From Gemmatimonadota bacterium (lineage in GTDB: Bacteria; Gemmatimonadota; Gemmatimonadetes; Gemmatimonadales; GWC2-71-9), in the NCBI GenBank assembly GCA_009692185.1, contig SHZT01000005.1, positions 84,068-148,067 of the forward strand: 64,000 nucleotides of DNA, in the 5' to 3' direction. The notes under the pieces are model-generated. The model had not been told where the DNA came from and did no database searches. It saw only the letters and a program-made list of their open reading frames with translations. The number at the start of each line of letters is the position of its first letter. The stretch's first letter is position 1. This document shows positions 1 to 9,204 of the stretch, piece after piece. Both the position numbers and the translations under genes were made by a program.

Positions 1-173
1 ACCCTATCCCGGCGCTGTTCCACCGGCTCGAGGCCGCTGGACTCATGACCCAGGCAGACTACGACGCGCTCGACGCGCACGTCCTGGCCGAGGTGGACGC
101 CGCCGTCAAGTTCGCTGACGAAAGTCCCGAGCCGGACGCCGACCAGTTGTACGCCGACGTGTACAGCGCCTGA
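1..173 (+). CDS. pdhA: pyruvate dehydrogenase E1 alpha subunit, 3' end only (gene starts upstream of window; codon phase begins at nt 3)
   Basis: The translation PIPALFHRLEAAGLMTQADYDALDAHVLAEVDAAVKFADESPEPDADQLYADVYSA* reads as an E1-alpha type C-terminus. The TGA at 171-173 overlaps the ATG of the E1 beta gene (TGATG). The operon context supports the call. Confidence 0.8.
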   Translation, partial: PIPALFHRLEAAGLMTQADYDALDAHVLAEVDAAVKFADESPEPDADQLYADVYSA

Positions 174-1156
174 TGCCGATTCTCACCTACCGAGATGCCC
201 TGAATCAGGCGCTCCGCGAAGAAATGGAGCGAGATCCGAACGTCTTCCTGATGGGCGAGGAAGTCGGGGTCTACCAGGGCGCCTACAAGGTGAGCCGCGG
301 CCTGCTGGAATCGTTTGGCGAGAAACGCGTCGTGGACACGCCGATCACCGAGCTGGGGTTCGCCGGCGTTGGGGTCGGCGCGGCCATGGTGGGGCTCCGG
401 CCGGTCATCGAGTTCATGACCTGGAACTTCGCCCTGCTGGCCCTCGACCAGATAATCAACTCGGCCGCGAAGATGCTCTACATGTCGGGCGGCCAGGTAC
501 CGATCCCCATCGTATTCCGCGGCCCCGGCGGCGCGGCCCGCCAGCTGGGCGCCCAGCATTCCCAGGCGTTCGAGTCGTGGTATGCACACATCCCGGGCCT
601 CAAGGTGGTGACTCCCGCCACGCCCGCCGACGCCAAGGGCCTGCTCAAGTCGGCCATTCGCGACAACAACCCGGTCATTTTCCTCGAAGGGGAAATGCTC
701 TACAACATGAAGGGCGAAGTCCCCGAGGGAGAGCACCTGGTGCCGCTGGGCCTGGCCGACGTGAAGCGCGAGGGATCCGACGTCACCATCATCTGTCACT
801 CCAAGACCGTCATTCCCTGCGAAAAGGCGGCGACTGCCCTGGCGGAACAGCACGGCGTTTCAGCCGAGGTGATTGATCTCCGGTCTATTCGCCCGCTGGA
901 CACCGAGACTATCCTGGCCAGCGTGCGGAAGACCAACCGGTGCGTCATCGTCGAAGAGGGCTGGCCCTTCTGCGGCGTTGGCGCGCAGGTGGTGGACGAG
1001 ATCCAGCGCGTGGCATTCGACGACCTCGATGCGCCCGTGATTCGCGTGACCGGGGCTGACGTGCCGATGCCCTACAACAAGGCGCTTGAGCGGGCGACCA
1101 AGCCCAACGTGGACAGCATCATCGAGGCGGTGAAGACCGTCTCGTACATGGACTGA
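173..1156 (+). CDS. pdhB: pyruvate dehydrogenase E1 beta subunit
   Basis: 327-aa ORF. It is colinear with mitochondrial/alphaproteobacterial-type PDH E1 beta. Matching segments include GEEVGVYQGAYKVSRGL, VVDTPITELGFAGVGVGAAMVGLRP, AQHSQAFESWYAHIPGLKVV and IRDNNPVIFLE. Confidence 0.95.
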   Translation: MPILTYRDALNQALREEMERDPNVFLMGEEVGVYQGAYKVSRGLLESFGEKRVVDTPITELGFAGVGVGAAMVGLRPVIEFMTWNFALLALDQIINSAAKMLYMSGGQVPIPIVFRGPGGAARQLGAQHSQAFESWYAHIPGLKVVTPATPADAKGLLKSAIRDNNPVIFLEGEMLYNMKGEVPEGEHLVPLGLADVKREGSDVTIICHSKTVIPCEKAATALAEQHGVSAEVIDLRSIRPLDTETILASVRKTNRCVIVEEGWPFCGVGAQVVDEIQRVAFDDLDAPVIRVTGADVPMPYNKALERATKPNVDSIIEAVKTVSYMD

Positions 1157-1160
1157 CGCC

Positions 1161-2414
1161 GTGGCCACCAAGGTGCTGATGGAAGCGCTCTCTCCCACCA
1201 TGGAGGAAGGGCGCGTCATCAAGTGGCTCAAGCACGAAGGGGACACAGTCAAGTCCGGCGAGACGCTGGCCGAGGTCGAAACCGACAAGGCGGTCATGGA
1301 ACTCGTCGCCCGCGGCGACGGCGTGCTTCGGGCAGTGCTGGTCGCCGAGGGCACGACGGTCGAGGTCGGCAAGCTCGTCGGCGTGATCGCCGCGGCGAAC
1401 GAAGACATCTCCATGGTGACGGGCGGAGCCCCAAAGACCGCGGCGCTGCCTGCCGCTGCCCCCGCTGCCTCCGCTGCCTCCGCTGCCTCCGCTGCCTCCG
1501 CTGCCTCCGCTGCCTCCCGTGCCCATCAGGCGTTATCGACCCCCGCGCCGGCTCCGGCACCGGCCGGTCGCGTTCGAGCGTCTCCACTCGCGCGACGCCT
1601 CGCGACCGAACAGGGTCTGGATCTCGGCGGTGTTGCCGGCTCGGGACCAGGCGGACGCATCGTGAAGCGGGACCTCGAAGGGGCGGCGGCGGCAATCCCC
1701 CCATCTCTCGTCTCTCGTCCCTCGTCCCCTGGGGGCTCCCGCGACGTTCCACTTACGCAAATCCGGAAAACCATCGCGAAGCGCCTGTCGCAGTCGCTCG
1801 GGCCGGTCCCGCACTTCTTCCTGACCGCGGAGATCGACATGGAGCGCGCCTGGGACGCCCGGGAAGCGCTCAACAAGCTCGACACCGGGCACCGCGTGTC
1901 GTTCAACGATCTCATCGTCAAGTTCACGGCGCTCGCCCTCCTCAAGCACCCCGAGTGCAATGCGTGGTGGATGGACGACCGGATCCGCTACTTCAGCGAC
2001 GTCCACATCGGCATGGCGGTCGCGGTGGAAGACGGGCTCATCACGCCCGTCATCCGGAACGCGCATACCAAGGGCCTGCGCGAGATCGCCGCGGAGTCGA
2101 AGGACTTCGCCGAGCGCGCCCGGTCCCGGAAGCTCAAGCCCGAGGAATACACGGGGAGCACGTTCTCCATTTCCAACCTCGGCATGCTCGACATTGACCA
2201 GTTCACCGCCATCATCAACCCGCCGGAAGCGGGCATACTGGCCGTCGGCAGCATCGTGCAGCAGCCGGTGGTGCACGAAGGCCAGATCGTCGCCCGGCGG
2301 CGGATGCGCGTGACGATGAGCTGCGACCACCGCGTAATAGACGGCGCCACCGGGGCCCGGTTCCTCCAGACCCTCCGGCAAATGCTCGAAAACCCGCTGA
2401 CCATGGTGTGGTGA
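1161..2414 (+). CDS. pdhC: dihydrolipoamide acetyltransferase (PDH E2)
   Basis: GTG start. It has one lipoyl domain with the ETDKA lipoyl-lysine motif, an Ala/Ser/Pro linker and a peripheral-subunit-binding domain (SPLARRLA..GSGPGGRIVKRD). The catalytic domain carries the DHRVIDG active-site motif. Confidence 0.95.
   Translation: MATKVLMEALSPTMEEGRVIKWLKHEGDTVKSGETLAEVETDKAVMELVARGDGVLRAVLVAEGTTVEVGKLVGVIAAANEDISMVTGGAPKTAALPAAAPAASAASAASAASAASAASRAHQALSTPAPAPAPAGRVRASPLARRLATEQGLDLGGVAGSGPGGRIVKRDLEGAAAAIPPSLVSRPSSPGGSRDVPLTQIRKTIAKRLSQSLGPVPHFFLTAEIDMERAWDAREALNKLDTGHRVSFNDLIVKFTALALLKHPECNAWWMDDRIRYFSDVHIGMAVAVEDGLITPVIRNAHTKGLREIAAESKDFAERARSRKLKPEEYTGSTFSISNLGMLDIDQFTAIINPPEAGILAVGSIVQQPVVHEGQIVARRRMRVTMSCDHRVIDGATGARFLQTLRQMLENPLTMVW
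1464..1517. repeat. perfect 9-bp tandem repeat (GCTGCCTCC) x6 inside the E2 inter-domain linker, encoding (AAS)6
   Basis: Read directly: six identical units from 1464 to 1517. A degenerate copy (GCTGCCCCC) precedes them at 1455-1463. Confidence 0.95.
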
Positions 2415-2418
2415 ACAA

Positions 2419-3810
2419 ATGGCAACATTTGACGTGATCGTCATCGGCGGCGGGCCCGGCGGCTACGTGTGCGCGATCCGCGCCGCGCAGCTCGGCCTCA
2501 CGGCGGCCGTGGTGGAGCGCGATAAGTTGGGCGGCGTCTGCGTCAACGTCGGCTGCATTCCCAGCAAGGCGCTGCTCCATAGCGCCTACGTCGCCAACCT
2601 GGTGAACCACGACGCAAAGGATTTCGGGGTGGAGGTGGGCGGGGTGACGCTCAACTTCGGCACCGCCATGAAGCATTCCCGCCAGGTGGCCGACCAGAAC
2701 TCGAAAGGTGTCGAGTTCCTCATGAAGAAGAACAAGATCACGGTGATCAAGGGCGAAGGCACGCTCGTGCCCGGCCGCAAGGTGAAGGTGGGCACCGAGA
2801 CCCACTCGGCCACCAAGGCCGTCGTGATCGCCACCGGCACCCGGGTCAAGGGAATTCCGCAGATCGGGCTCGAGATCAACAAGACGACCGTGATTTCGTC
2901 GGACGAGGCCCTGTTCCTGGAGCAGGCCCCCAAGACGCTGGCGATCGTCGGCGCCGGGGCCGTCGGGACCGAGTTCGCTGACATCTTCAACGCGTTCGGC
3001 GCGAAGGTCACCCTCATTGAGGCCCTGCCCCGCATGCTTCCCGTGGAAGACGCAGACTCCTCGGCGGCCATCGCCCGCAGCTTCAAGAAGCGCGGTATCG
3101 ATGTGCTGGTGGGCGCCAAGGTGAAGAGCGCCACGGTCGGCAACGCCGGCGTCACGCTGGAGGTCGAGTCGGGCGGCAAGACCCAGATTATCGAAGTGGA
3201 GAAGGTCCTGATGGCCGCGGGCCGCGCGCTCAACACCCAGAACCTGGGGCTCGAGGCCGCCGGCGTGCAGCTCGACCAGCGCGGCTTCGTGAAAGTGGGC
3301 CCGGACCTCCGAACCACCGCGGACGGCGTCTACTGCATTGGCGACGTGGCCGGCCCGCCCATGCTGGCGCACAAGGGGAGCCGCGAGGGCCTCGTCGTCG
3401 CGGAAACAATCGCCGGCAAGAAGCCCCACGCCATTCGTTACGACAACGTGCCCAGCGTCACCTACTGCCACCCCGAGGTCGCGAGCATTGGCCTGACCGA
3501 AGACCAGTGCAAGGAGAAGAAGCTGGACTACGTGGTCGGCAAGTTCGCGCTGACCGCGAACGGACGCGCCCGCGCCACCAACGAAACCGAGGGCTTCGTC
3601 AAGATCATCAAGGACAAGAAATACGGCGAAATCCTGGGCGCCCACATCGTGGCGTCACACGCCAGTGAAATGATCCATGAGCTGGCGGTCGCCCGCGAGA
3701 ACGAATACACCGTTGAAGAAGTGGACCTGGCTATTCACGCCCACCCGACGCTCTCCGAGGCCGTCGCCGAAGCCGCTCTGGACTCCCTCGGCCGGATGAT
3801 TCATGCTTGA
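2419..3810 (+). CDS. lpdA: dihydrolipoyl dehydrogenase (E3)
   Basis: 463 aa. Features are an N-terminal FAD motif (IGGGPGGY), the redox-active disulfide CVNVGCIPSK and the C-terminal HAHPTLSE motif. It follows E2 in the operon. Confidence 0.95.
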   Translation: MATFDVIVIGGGPGGYVCAIRAAQLGLTAAVVERDKLGGVCVNVGCIPSKALLHSAYVANLVNHDAKDFGVEVGGVTLNFGTAMKHSRQVADQNSKGVEFLMKKNKITVIKGEGTLVPGRKVKVGTETHSATKAVVIATGTRVKGIPQIGLEINKTTVISSDEALFLEQAPKTLAIVGAGAVGTEFADIFNAFGAKVTLIEALPRMLPVEDADSSAAIARSFKKRGIDVLVGAKVKSATVGNAGVTLEVESGGKTQIIEVEKVLMAAGRALNTQNLGLEAAGVQLDQRGFVKVGPDLRTTADGVYCIGDVAGPPMLAHKGSREGLVVAETIAGKKPHAIRYDNVPSVTYCHPEVASIGLTEDQCKEKKLDYVVGKFALTANGRARATNETEGFVKIIKDKKYGEILGAHIVASHASEMIHELAVARENEYTVEEVDLAIHAHPTLSEAVAEAALDSLGRMIHA

Positions 3811-3840
3811 TGCCACCTCACAACTCCTGATGGAGGACTG

Positions 3841-4257
3841 ATGAGCCAACCCAATCGTGTTGCGATCGCACTCTCCGGCCTGTTCCTGGGCGTCGGCGTC
3901 GGCGGAGCCATCGAGTCTCTGTGCACCTGGCTGGCGTGGCGAGAGTCGTTTCAGTCGTTCGGCGACCGCCTGGTGTTCGTCGGCTGGGGCGTCGGCGCCG
4001 TCTCCGCCTTCGTTCTCACGTGGACCTTCAGCCGCGGAGTCGAGGAAACCTGGCGCCGGGCAGCCCTCGCGGTGACCTCCGCCTTCGGGGCGTGGGGCGC
4101 GGGCGGCCTCGGGTTCTGGATCAGCATGCAGTCCATGATGTTCATGAACCCGATCGTGAGCCAGGGACTGGTACCGGCCTACTTCGTCGCCGCGCTGGTC
4201 ATGGCGTTCGTTTCCTACCGCATCGCGCGCAAGCACCGGGCCGCCCCAACGGCGTGA
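3841..4257 (+). CDS. small integral membrane protein, function unknown
   Basis: 138 aa with about four hydrophobic segments (e.g. VAIALSGLFLGVGVGGAI, VFVGWGVGAVSAFVL). Its stop overlaps the lipB GTG (GTGA), which suggests co-translation within the pdh-lipB operon. Confidence 0.55.
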   Translation: MSQPNRVAIALSGLFLGVGVGGAIESLCTWLAWRESFQSFGDRLVFVGWGVGAVSAFVLTWTFSRGVEETWRRAALAVTSAFGAWGAGGLGFWISMQSMMFMNPIVSQGLVPAYFVAALVMAFVSYRIARKHRAAPTA

Positions 4258-4961
4258 GTCGCGACCTCGGCATCGTGGGCCTCGGCCGCACGTCCTACGC
4301 CGAGGCCCTTGGTCTTCAGCGCCGGCTCGCGCAGCAGCGGGTGGATCACGCCCTCGACCAGGACCTTCTGCTGCTGGTCGAGCACAACCCGGTGGTAACG
4401 CTGGGACGTGGATCGAAGGACTCGAGCATGCCGTTCCCTGCCGAAGCCCTCGCGGCGCGCGGAGTCGAAGTGTTCGAAGTGGAGCGCGGCGGTGATGTCA
4501 CGTTCCACGGCCCCGGCCAGCTGGTTGGGTACCCCATATTCGATCTCGCCGAGCACAAGAAAGACCTGCACTGGTTCATGCGGCGGCTGGAAGCGGCGCT
4601 CATCACGGCGCTGGGTGAACTCGGTGTCCCGGGCGAACGGAACGAGGGACTCACCGGCGTCTGGACCGGCGGCCGGAAAATCGCGAGCCTCGGCATCCAC
4701 GTGAAACAGTGGGTCACCTGGCACGGCTTCGCCCTCAACGTCACCACCGACCTCTCCTACTTCGATTTGATCGTTCCGTGCGGAATCACCGGCGTCGAAA
4801 TGACCAGTGTTCAGAAGGAGCTCGACGAGCGGACGCCACGGGACGTGTGGAACCGGTCTCTCGATTCGGTCATCCTGGGCTTCGCGGAAGCATTCGACCA
4901 GGAACCACACGCGCTGGCCTTGGACGACCTGGTGACCCTCACCCCTGTCCCTTCTCCCTGA
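4254..4961 (+). CDS. lipB: octanoyltransferase (lipoyl(octanoyl) transferase)
   Basis: It lies in frame with the track ORF 3921-4961, but homology begins at GTG 4254 (VSRDLGIVGLGRTSY). Conserved LipB motifs are ERGGDVTFHGPGQLVGYPI, KIASLGIHV..WVTWHGFALNV and IVPCGI. Confidence 0.9.
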   Translation: MSRDLGIVGLGRTSYAEALGLQRRLAQQRVDHALDQDLLLLVEHNPVVTLGRGSKDSSMPFPAEALAARGVEVFEVERGGDVTFHGPGQLVGYPIFDLAEHKKDLHWFMRRLEAALITALGELGVPGERNEGLTGVWTGGRKIASLGIHVKQWVTWHGFALNVTTDLSYFDLIVPCGITGVEMTSVQKELDERTPRDVWNRSLDSVILGFAEAFDQEPHALALDDLVTLTPVPSP

Positions 4962-4973
4962 CGGGAAAGGGGA
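4948..4973 (+). terminator. imperfect GC hairpin spanning the lipB stop codon (TCCCTTCTCCC-TGAC-GGGAAAGGGGA)
   Basis: An 11-bp stem with one mismatch and one G:U pair, and no T-run. Its core CTCCCTGACGGGA equals the reverse complement of the hairpin at 7437-7460. Confidence 0.3.
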
Positions 4974-5010
4974 ACAACGAGTGACCCGCGAGGTGGACCG
5001 AGGAGCCGAT

Positions 5011-5991
5011 ATGGAAACCAGATCCGGTTCGGATGCGACGCGGGCCACGATGAGGGTCGGCGCCATGCTTGCGGCGGCGGCGTTAGCGGCGGCCTGCGCG
5101 CCCGAGCCCGAGACGATTGGGACGGGCGGCGAGACACTCACGGATGGGCGGTACGACGTCGTGATTCGTCAGACTCCGCCCGGCCAGATCCCCATTGGCA
5201 CAGATGCCAGCATAACGGTCACCGTGTTTCACATGGCCGTCGGCACGACACCCGCCGTTTGGAGCGGGGCGCTCTTCGCCGGCGAACTGGTGACGGCCTT
5301 GGGGCCGCTCACACCAACAGCGCTGATTGACCTTCCCGCCAGCGCTCCGCTACACCGTGGCGGCCGTTGGACGTCAACCAACCTGTTCCGCTGCACGTCG
5401 GGCGGCCCCGCCCAACTGAATTACCGGGTCGAACTGCGTCACCCGCTCCAAGTGGACGGCGCTGGAAGTCGGGTGGACTCGCTCAAGGCAACCGCCCAGG
5501 TAGACTGCGGCGACCTGGCTCCGAACGCTCCGCCCCCGGTGCCGTTGACCGACCCGAATCACACGCGGTGGAGCCGGACGTTTGGGGAAATGGGCTACGG
5601 CGGGTTCGTGATCCGGATGTGGCGGGCCCCGGCAGGAGACCCCGTCAAACTCGGTGACACTGTCTACGTCCACGTGGAGGTCGAGAATAACTTCGCGTTC
5701 GCAAGTGAGCGCCGCCCGGACACCACGTACCGCAATTGGGGTCTCCAGGGGGAGATCCTGACCCAGGGCTCCGCGCTCGTCCCCCGGCGGATCAACGACA
5801 CGCCGAAATACCTCGTCCAGCTGGGGCCCGGCGACACCTGGCGAGGGGATTTCAAGTTCGTGTGCCAGCGGCCCGGCGTGGCGGACATATGGCCGCACGC
5901 AAACATCCTTCGCGAAGATCCGGCGAACGGCTGGGGCAACGACCGCACGCTCATCGCGTACGGCGGACCGTTTCGCTGCGGGGAGGACTAG
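5011..5991 (+). CDS. putative secreted lipoprotein, function unknown
   Basis: AGGAG at 5001-5005 lies 5 nt before ATG 5011. The track ORF starts at GTG 4981. A signal/lipobox-like MRVGAMLAAAALAAAC is present. I recognise no domain. Confidence 0.6.
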   Translation: METRSGSDATRATMRVGAMLAAAALAAACAPEPETIGTGGETLTDGRYDVVIRQTPPGQIPIGTDASITVTVFHMAVGTTPAVWSGALFAGELVTALGPLTPTALIDLPASAPLHRGGRWTSTNLFRCTSGGPAQLNYRVELRHPLQVDGAGSRVDSLKATAQVDCGDLAPNAPPPVPLTDPNHTRWSRTFGEMGYGGFVIRMWRAPAGDPVKLGDTVYVHVEVENNFAFASERRPDTTYRNWGLQGEILTQGSALVPRRINDTPKYLVQLGPGDTWRGDFKFVCQRPGVADIWPHANILREDPANGWGNDRTLIAYGGPFRCGED

Positions 5992-6001
5992 GCGGGCGGA
6001 T

Positions 6002-7366
6002 CTAGCCGTCGCCCATGTATGTCAGGAATCGCGCGAATGCCCTGATCCCCTTGTAGAACTGCTCCACGTTGATCTTCTCGTCGGGCGCATGCAGCCGGTC
6101 GTCGGGAAGTCCAATGCCCGCGAGAATCACCGGCGCGCCCTTTTTCCCCAGCGCCGGCACGACCGGAATCGACCCACCGGAACGCGTCGGCACGACCCCG
6201 CGGCCCTCGACCTCCCTGAACGCACGATCAATGTGCTGGAATGGCCTGGACGAAATGTCCACCAGCACCGGGTCGGCGCCGTGGAGGAAACGCACCTTCA
6301 CATCGGCGTACTTGGGCGCGGCGGCCTTTACCGCCTTGAGGAACTGCTTCTGGACGGTCTTCTCCTTCTGGTTGGGCACCAGGCGGAGGCTCACCTTCGC
6401 CGTGGCCACGGCGGGAATGACGGTCTTCGCGCCCTCGCCGGTAAAGCCACCCATGATCCCGTGGATCTCGAGCGTCGGCAGGGCCCAGGTACGCTCGAGC
6501 ACCGAGTACGGCTTGAGCCCCGTCAGCGCCTTCGCCTTCACTTCGTCCCTGAGGAACCTGGCCTCGCTGAACGGGAGTTTCTTCCAGGCCTTCCGCTCTT
6601 CGGCTGAGGGGCGCTTGACGGCCTCGTAGAGCCCGGGCACGCGGATCTTGCCGTCCGGCGTCTTGAGCTTGCCGAGGATCTGAACCAGCGCATCGTGCGC
6701 GTTGGGCACGGCACCGCCGTAGAGACCCGAATGCAGGTCGGTCTTGGACGTGCGGACCTCGATCTCGGTGTAGCAAAGTCCGCGGAGGCCGGTCTCGACG
6801 GCGGGCCACCCGGGCGCGAAGTACGACGTGTCCGACACCAGCACCGCATCCGCCGCAACCCGCTCTGGCTCCTTGTTCAGCAGGTCGAACAGCAGGCGCG
6901 AGCCCGATTCTTCCTGGCCTTCGATCATGAACCGCACGTTGACCGGCGGTTTCCCTCCCTGGCATATCGCTTCGAACGCCTTGATCGCGGCGAACACCTG
7001 GCCCTTGTCGTCGGTCGAGCCACGCGCGAAGAGATCTCCGTTCCGGACGACGGGTTCGAACGGCGGCGACGTCCATTCGTTGACTGGGTCGGGCGGCTGG
7101 ACGTCATAGTGACCGTAGATCAGCACAGTAGGCGCCCCGGGTACGTCCGGGCCGACACCCCACACAATGGGATGCGTGTCGCTGGCCAGCAGCTGCACGT
7201 CCCGGCACCCGAGTTTCCGCAGGTGGTCCGCCACCCAGTCGGCCGCCTTGCGGCAGTCGCCGGCGTGCTTGGGATCGGTGGATACGGACGGAATGCGCAG
7301 CAGCGTCTTGAGCTCTTCCAGGAAGCGCTCGCTCTGCGACAGGACCCAGCGGTCGAGTTCAGTCAT
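6002..7366 (-). CDS. M20 family metallopeptidase (dipeptidase, ArgE/DapE/ACY1/CPG2 family)
   Basis: 454 aa. Motifs are YGHYDVQPPDPVNEWTSPPFEP and GDLFARGSTDDKGQ, with an overall M20 dimerisation-domain layout. Confidence 0.85.
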   Translation of the reverse strand: MTELDRWVLSQSERFLEELKTLLRIPSVSTDPKHAGDCRKAADWVADHLRKLGCRDVQLLASDTHPIVWGVGPDVPGAPTVLIYGHYDVQPPDPVNEWTSPPFEPVVRNGDLFARGSTDDKGQVFAAIKAFEAICQGGKPPVNVRFMIEGQEESGSRLLFDLLNKEPERVAADAVLVSDTSYFAPGWPAVETGLRGLCYTEIEVRTSKTDLHSGLYGGAVPNAHDALVQILGKLKTPDGKIRVPGLYEAVKRPSAEERKAWKKLPFSEARFLRDEVKAKALTGLKPYSVLERTWALPTLEIHGIMGGFTGEGAKTVIPAVATAKVSLRLVPNQKEKTVQKQFLKAVKAAAPKYADVKVRFLHGADPVLVDISSRPFQHIDRAFREVEGRGVVPTRSGGSIPVVPALGKKGAPVILAGIGLPDDRLHAPDEKINVEQFYKGIRAFARFLTYMGDG

Positions 7367-7402
7367 GGCCGGTGTTCAATGATGAAGGGGATAGAAATAT
7401 AG

Positions 7403-7460
7403 ACGGCGTCCCAAGACCTGCCTCCGGGACGCCGTTCCCCTCTCCCGTCAGGGAGAGGGG
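7403..7460 (-). terminator. two adjacent perfect 10-bp GC hairpins downstream of amtB
   Basis: ACGGCGTCCC(7403-7412)/GGGACGCCGT(7426-7435) and CCCCTCTCCC(7437-7446)/GGGAGAGGGG(7451-7460). On the minus strand the second hairpin is followed by CTATATTTCT. The pair sits between the amtB stop (7475) and the next gene's start (7366). Confidence 0.5.
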
Positions 7461-7474
7461 CCAGGGGGTAAGGC

Positions 7475-8809
7475 CTAGTCGCCGGCCGCCTGCGGCAGTG
7501 TCAGCGGCTCCATGCCCATGTGCGACACCACCACGCTGCCCCCCAGCGACACACCAGGCCCGGCAAAGCTCCCGAGCTCCCCGCCGAAGTACGCCTCTTC
7601 GCCGTGCTCGGACATGTCGAGGCCCGAGATTTCGTCATGCACGTCGGACCGGAGCCCGATGGTCACCTTCACCAGCCACAGGATCCCGATAGTCCCGAGT
7701 GCGGAAAACGCGATCGCCGCGAAAACGGCGAGGGCCTGGACGGCCAGCTGGCCAGGATTGCCGGCGAGGAGGCCGTCGGCGCCGGCCGGGTTGGCGAGCT
7801 TCGAGGCAAACACGCCCGTGAGAAGCGCGCCGCTCATGCCCGCCATGCCATGGCAGGAGAACACGTCCAGCGAATCATCCACCCGGGTATGCGCCCGGAG
7901 TTGCATCGCGCCGTAGGAGATCAGCGCGCAAATGACGCCGATGGCGAGTGAGGCGGGCACGGCGACAAACCCGGCCGCGGGCGTAATGCCGACCAGGCCA
8001 ACTACCGCGCCCGTCGCTGCGCCCACGGCGGTCGCCTTGCCGCTCTTCCGCATTTCGAGGATGACCCACGTGACCAGCGCAGCCGCCGCGGCCGTATTCG
8101 TGTTTGTGAACGCCAGCGCCGCGATGCCGTTCGCCGCAAGCGCCGAGCCCGCGTTGAACCCGAACCAGCCGAACCAGAGAAGGCCGGCGCCGAGGAGCAC
8201 CAGGGGCACGTTGTGCGGCGCGATCGGGATGCGCCGGAAGTCCCTTCGGGCTCCGAGGTAGAGCGCCGCGACCAGCGCCGACACGCCGGCCGAAATGTGG
8301 ACTACCGTGCCACCGGCAAAGTCGAGCGCGCCCTTCGCCGCCAGCCAGCCGCCCTGCCCCCACACCCAGCGGGCCAGCGGATCGTAAATGAACGTGGACC
8401 ACAGAAGGATGAACGCCACGTACGACCGGAACCGCATCCGTTCCACAATCGCGCCCGAGATGAGCGCAGGGGTGATGATCGCAAACATGCCCTGGAACAT
8501 CGCGTGCGCCTGCTGCGGAATCGTGTTCCCGTAGAACGGGTGGGGCTCCAACCCCACACTCTGGAACCCGACCCAGTCCAACCGCCCCAGCCACGGGCCG
8601 CCCGGCCCGAACGAAATCGAATACCCCACCAGCACCCACTGCACGCCCACGAGCCCCAGGGCCACCACACTCATCATCATCGTATTCAGCGAATTCTTGG
8701 GCCGCACCAGGCCGCCGTAGAAGAAGGCGAGGCCCACCGTCATCAGAAGCACCAGCGCGGTGGACATGAGCACCCAGGCGGTATCCCCGGCCGAGATGGC
8801 GTTCGTCAC
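7475..8809 (-). CDS. amtB: ammonium transporter
   Basis: 444 aa and polytopic. Amt family signatures are present (FFYGGLVR, DFAGGTVVHISAG, GWFGFNAGSA, VFSCHGMAGMSGALLTG). It is translationally coupled to glnK. Confidence 0.95.
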   Translation of the reverse strand: MTNAISAGDTAWVLMSTALVLLMTVGLAFFYGGLVRPKNSLNTMMMSVVALGLVGVQWVLVGYSISFGPGGPWLGRLDWVGFQSVGLEPHPFYGNTIPQQAHAMFQGMFAIITPALISGAIVERMRFRSYVAFILLWSTFIYDPLARWVWGQGGWLAAKGALDFAGGTVVHISAGVSALVAALYLGARRDFRRIPIAPHNVPLVLLGAGLLWFGWFGFNAGSALAANGIAALAFTNTNTAAAAALVTWVILEMRKSGKATAVGAATGAVVGLVGITPAAGFVAVPASLAIGVICALISYGAMQLRAHTRVDDSLDVFSCHGMAGMSGALLTGVFASKLANPAGADGLLAGNPGQLAVQALAVFAAIAFSALGTIGILWLVKVTIGLRSDVHDEISGLDMSEHGEEAYFGGELGSFAGPGVSLGGSVVVSHMGMEPLTLPQAAGD

Positions 8810-9204
8810 GCTGCCTCCTCTGCGCCCTTGAGGGCCGCGGCTTGCACTTCACTTGCGTTGACCGCCGTGAGCGCAGCGTTGTCGCGCTCGCCGGTCCGGA
8901 TCCGGATCACCTGCTCGATCGCCTGGACGAAGATCTTCCCGTCACCGACTTCGCCGGTGCGCGCCGACGAGAGGATGGCCTGGACGGTGGGCTCGACGAA
9001 CGGCTCTGACACCGCCATCTCGATCCGCACCTTGTCCCGGAATTCCATGACCACCGTATTGCCGCGGTACTGAGAGAAGACCTCTCGTTCGCCGCCGTGC
9101 CCGGCGACCCGGGACAGCGTGATGCCCGTGACCCCAGCCCGGAACAGCGCTGCCTTGACCTCGGGCAACCGCTCCGGCCGGACGACCGTGGTAATCAGTT
9201 TCAT
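8806..9204 (-). CDS. glnK: P-II nitrogen regulatory protein
   Basis: MKLITTVVRPERLPEVKAAL..GITLSRVAGHGGE..YRG...DGKIFV is a P-II fold. It lies directly upstream of amtB with a 4-nt overlap. It carries an Ala-rich extension of about 20 aa beyond the usual ~112 aa. Confidence 0.93.
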   Translation of the reverse strand: MKLITTVVRPERLPEVKAALFRAGVTGITLSRVAGHGGEREVFSQYRGNTVVMEFRDKVRIEMAVSEPFVEPTVQAILSSARTGEVGDGKIFVQAIEQVIRIRTGERDNAALTAVNASEVQAAALKGAEEAA

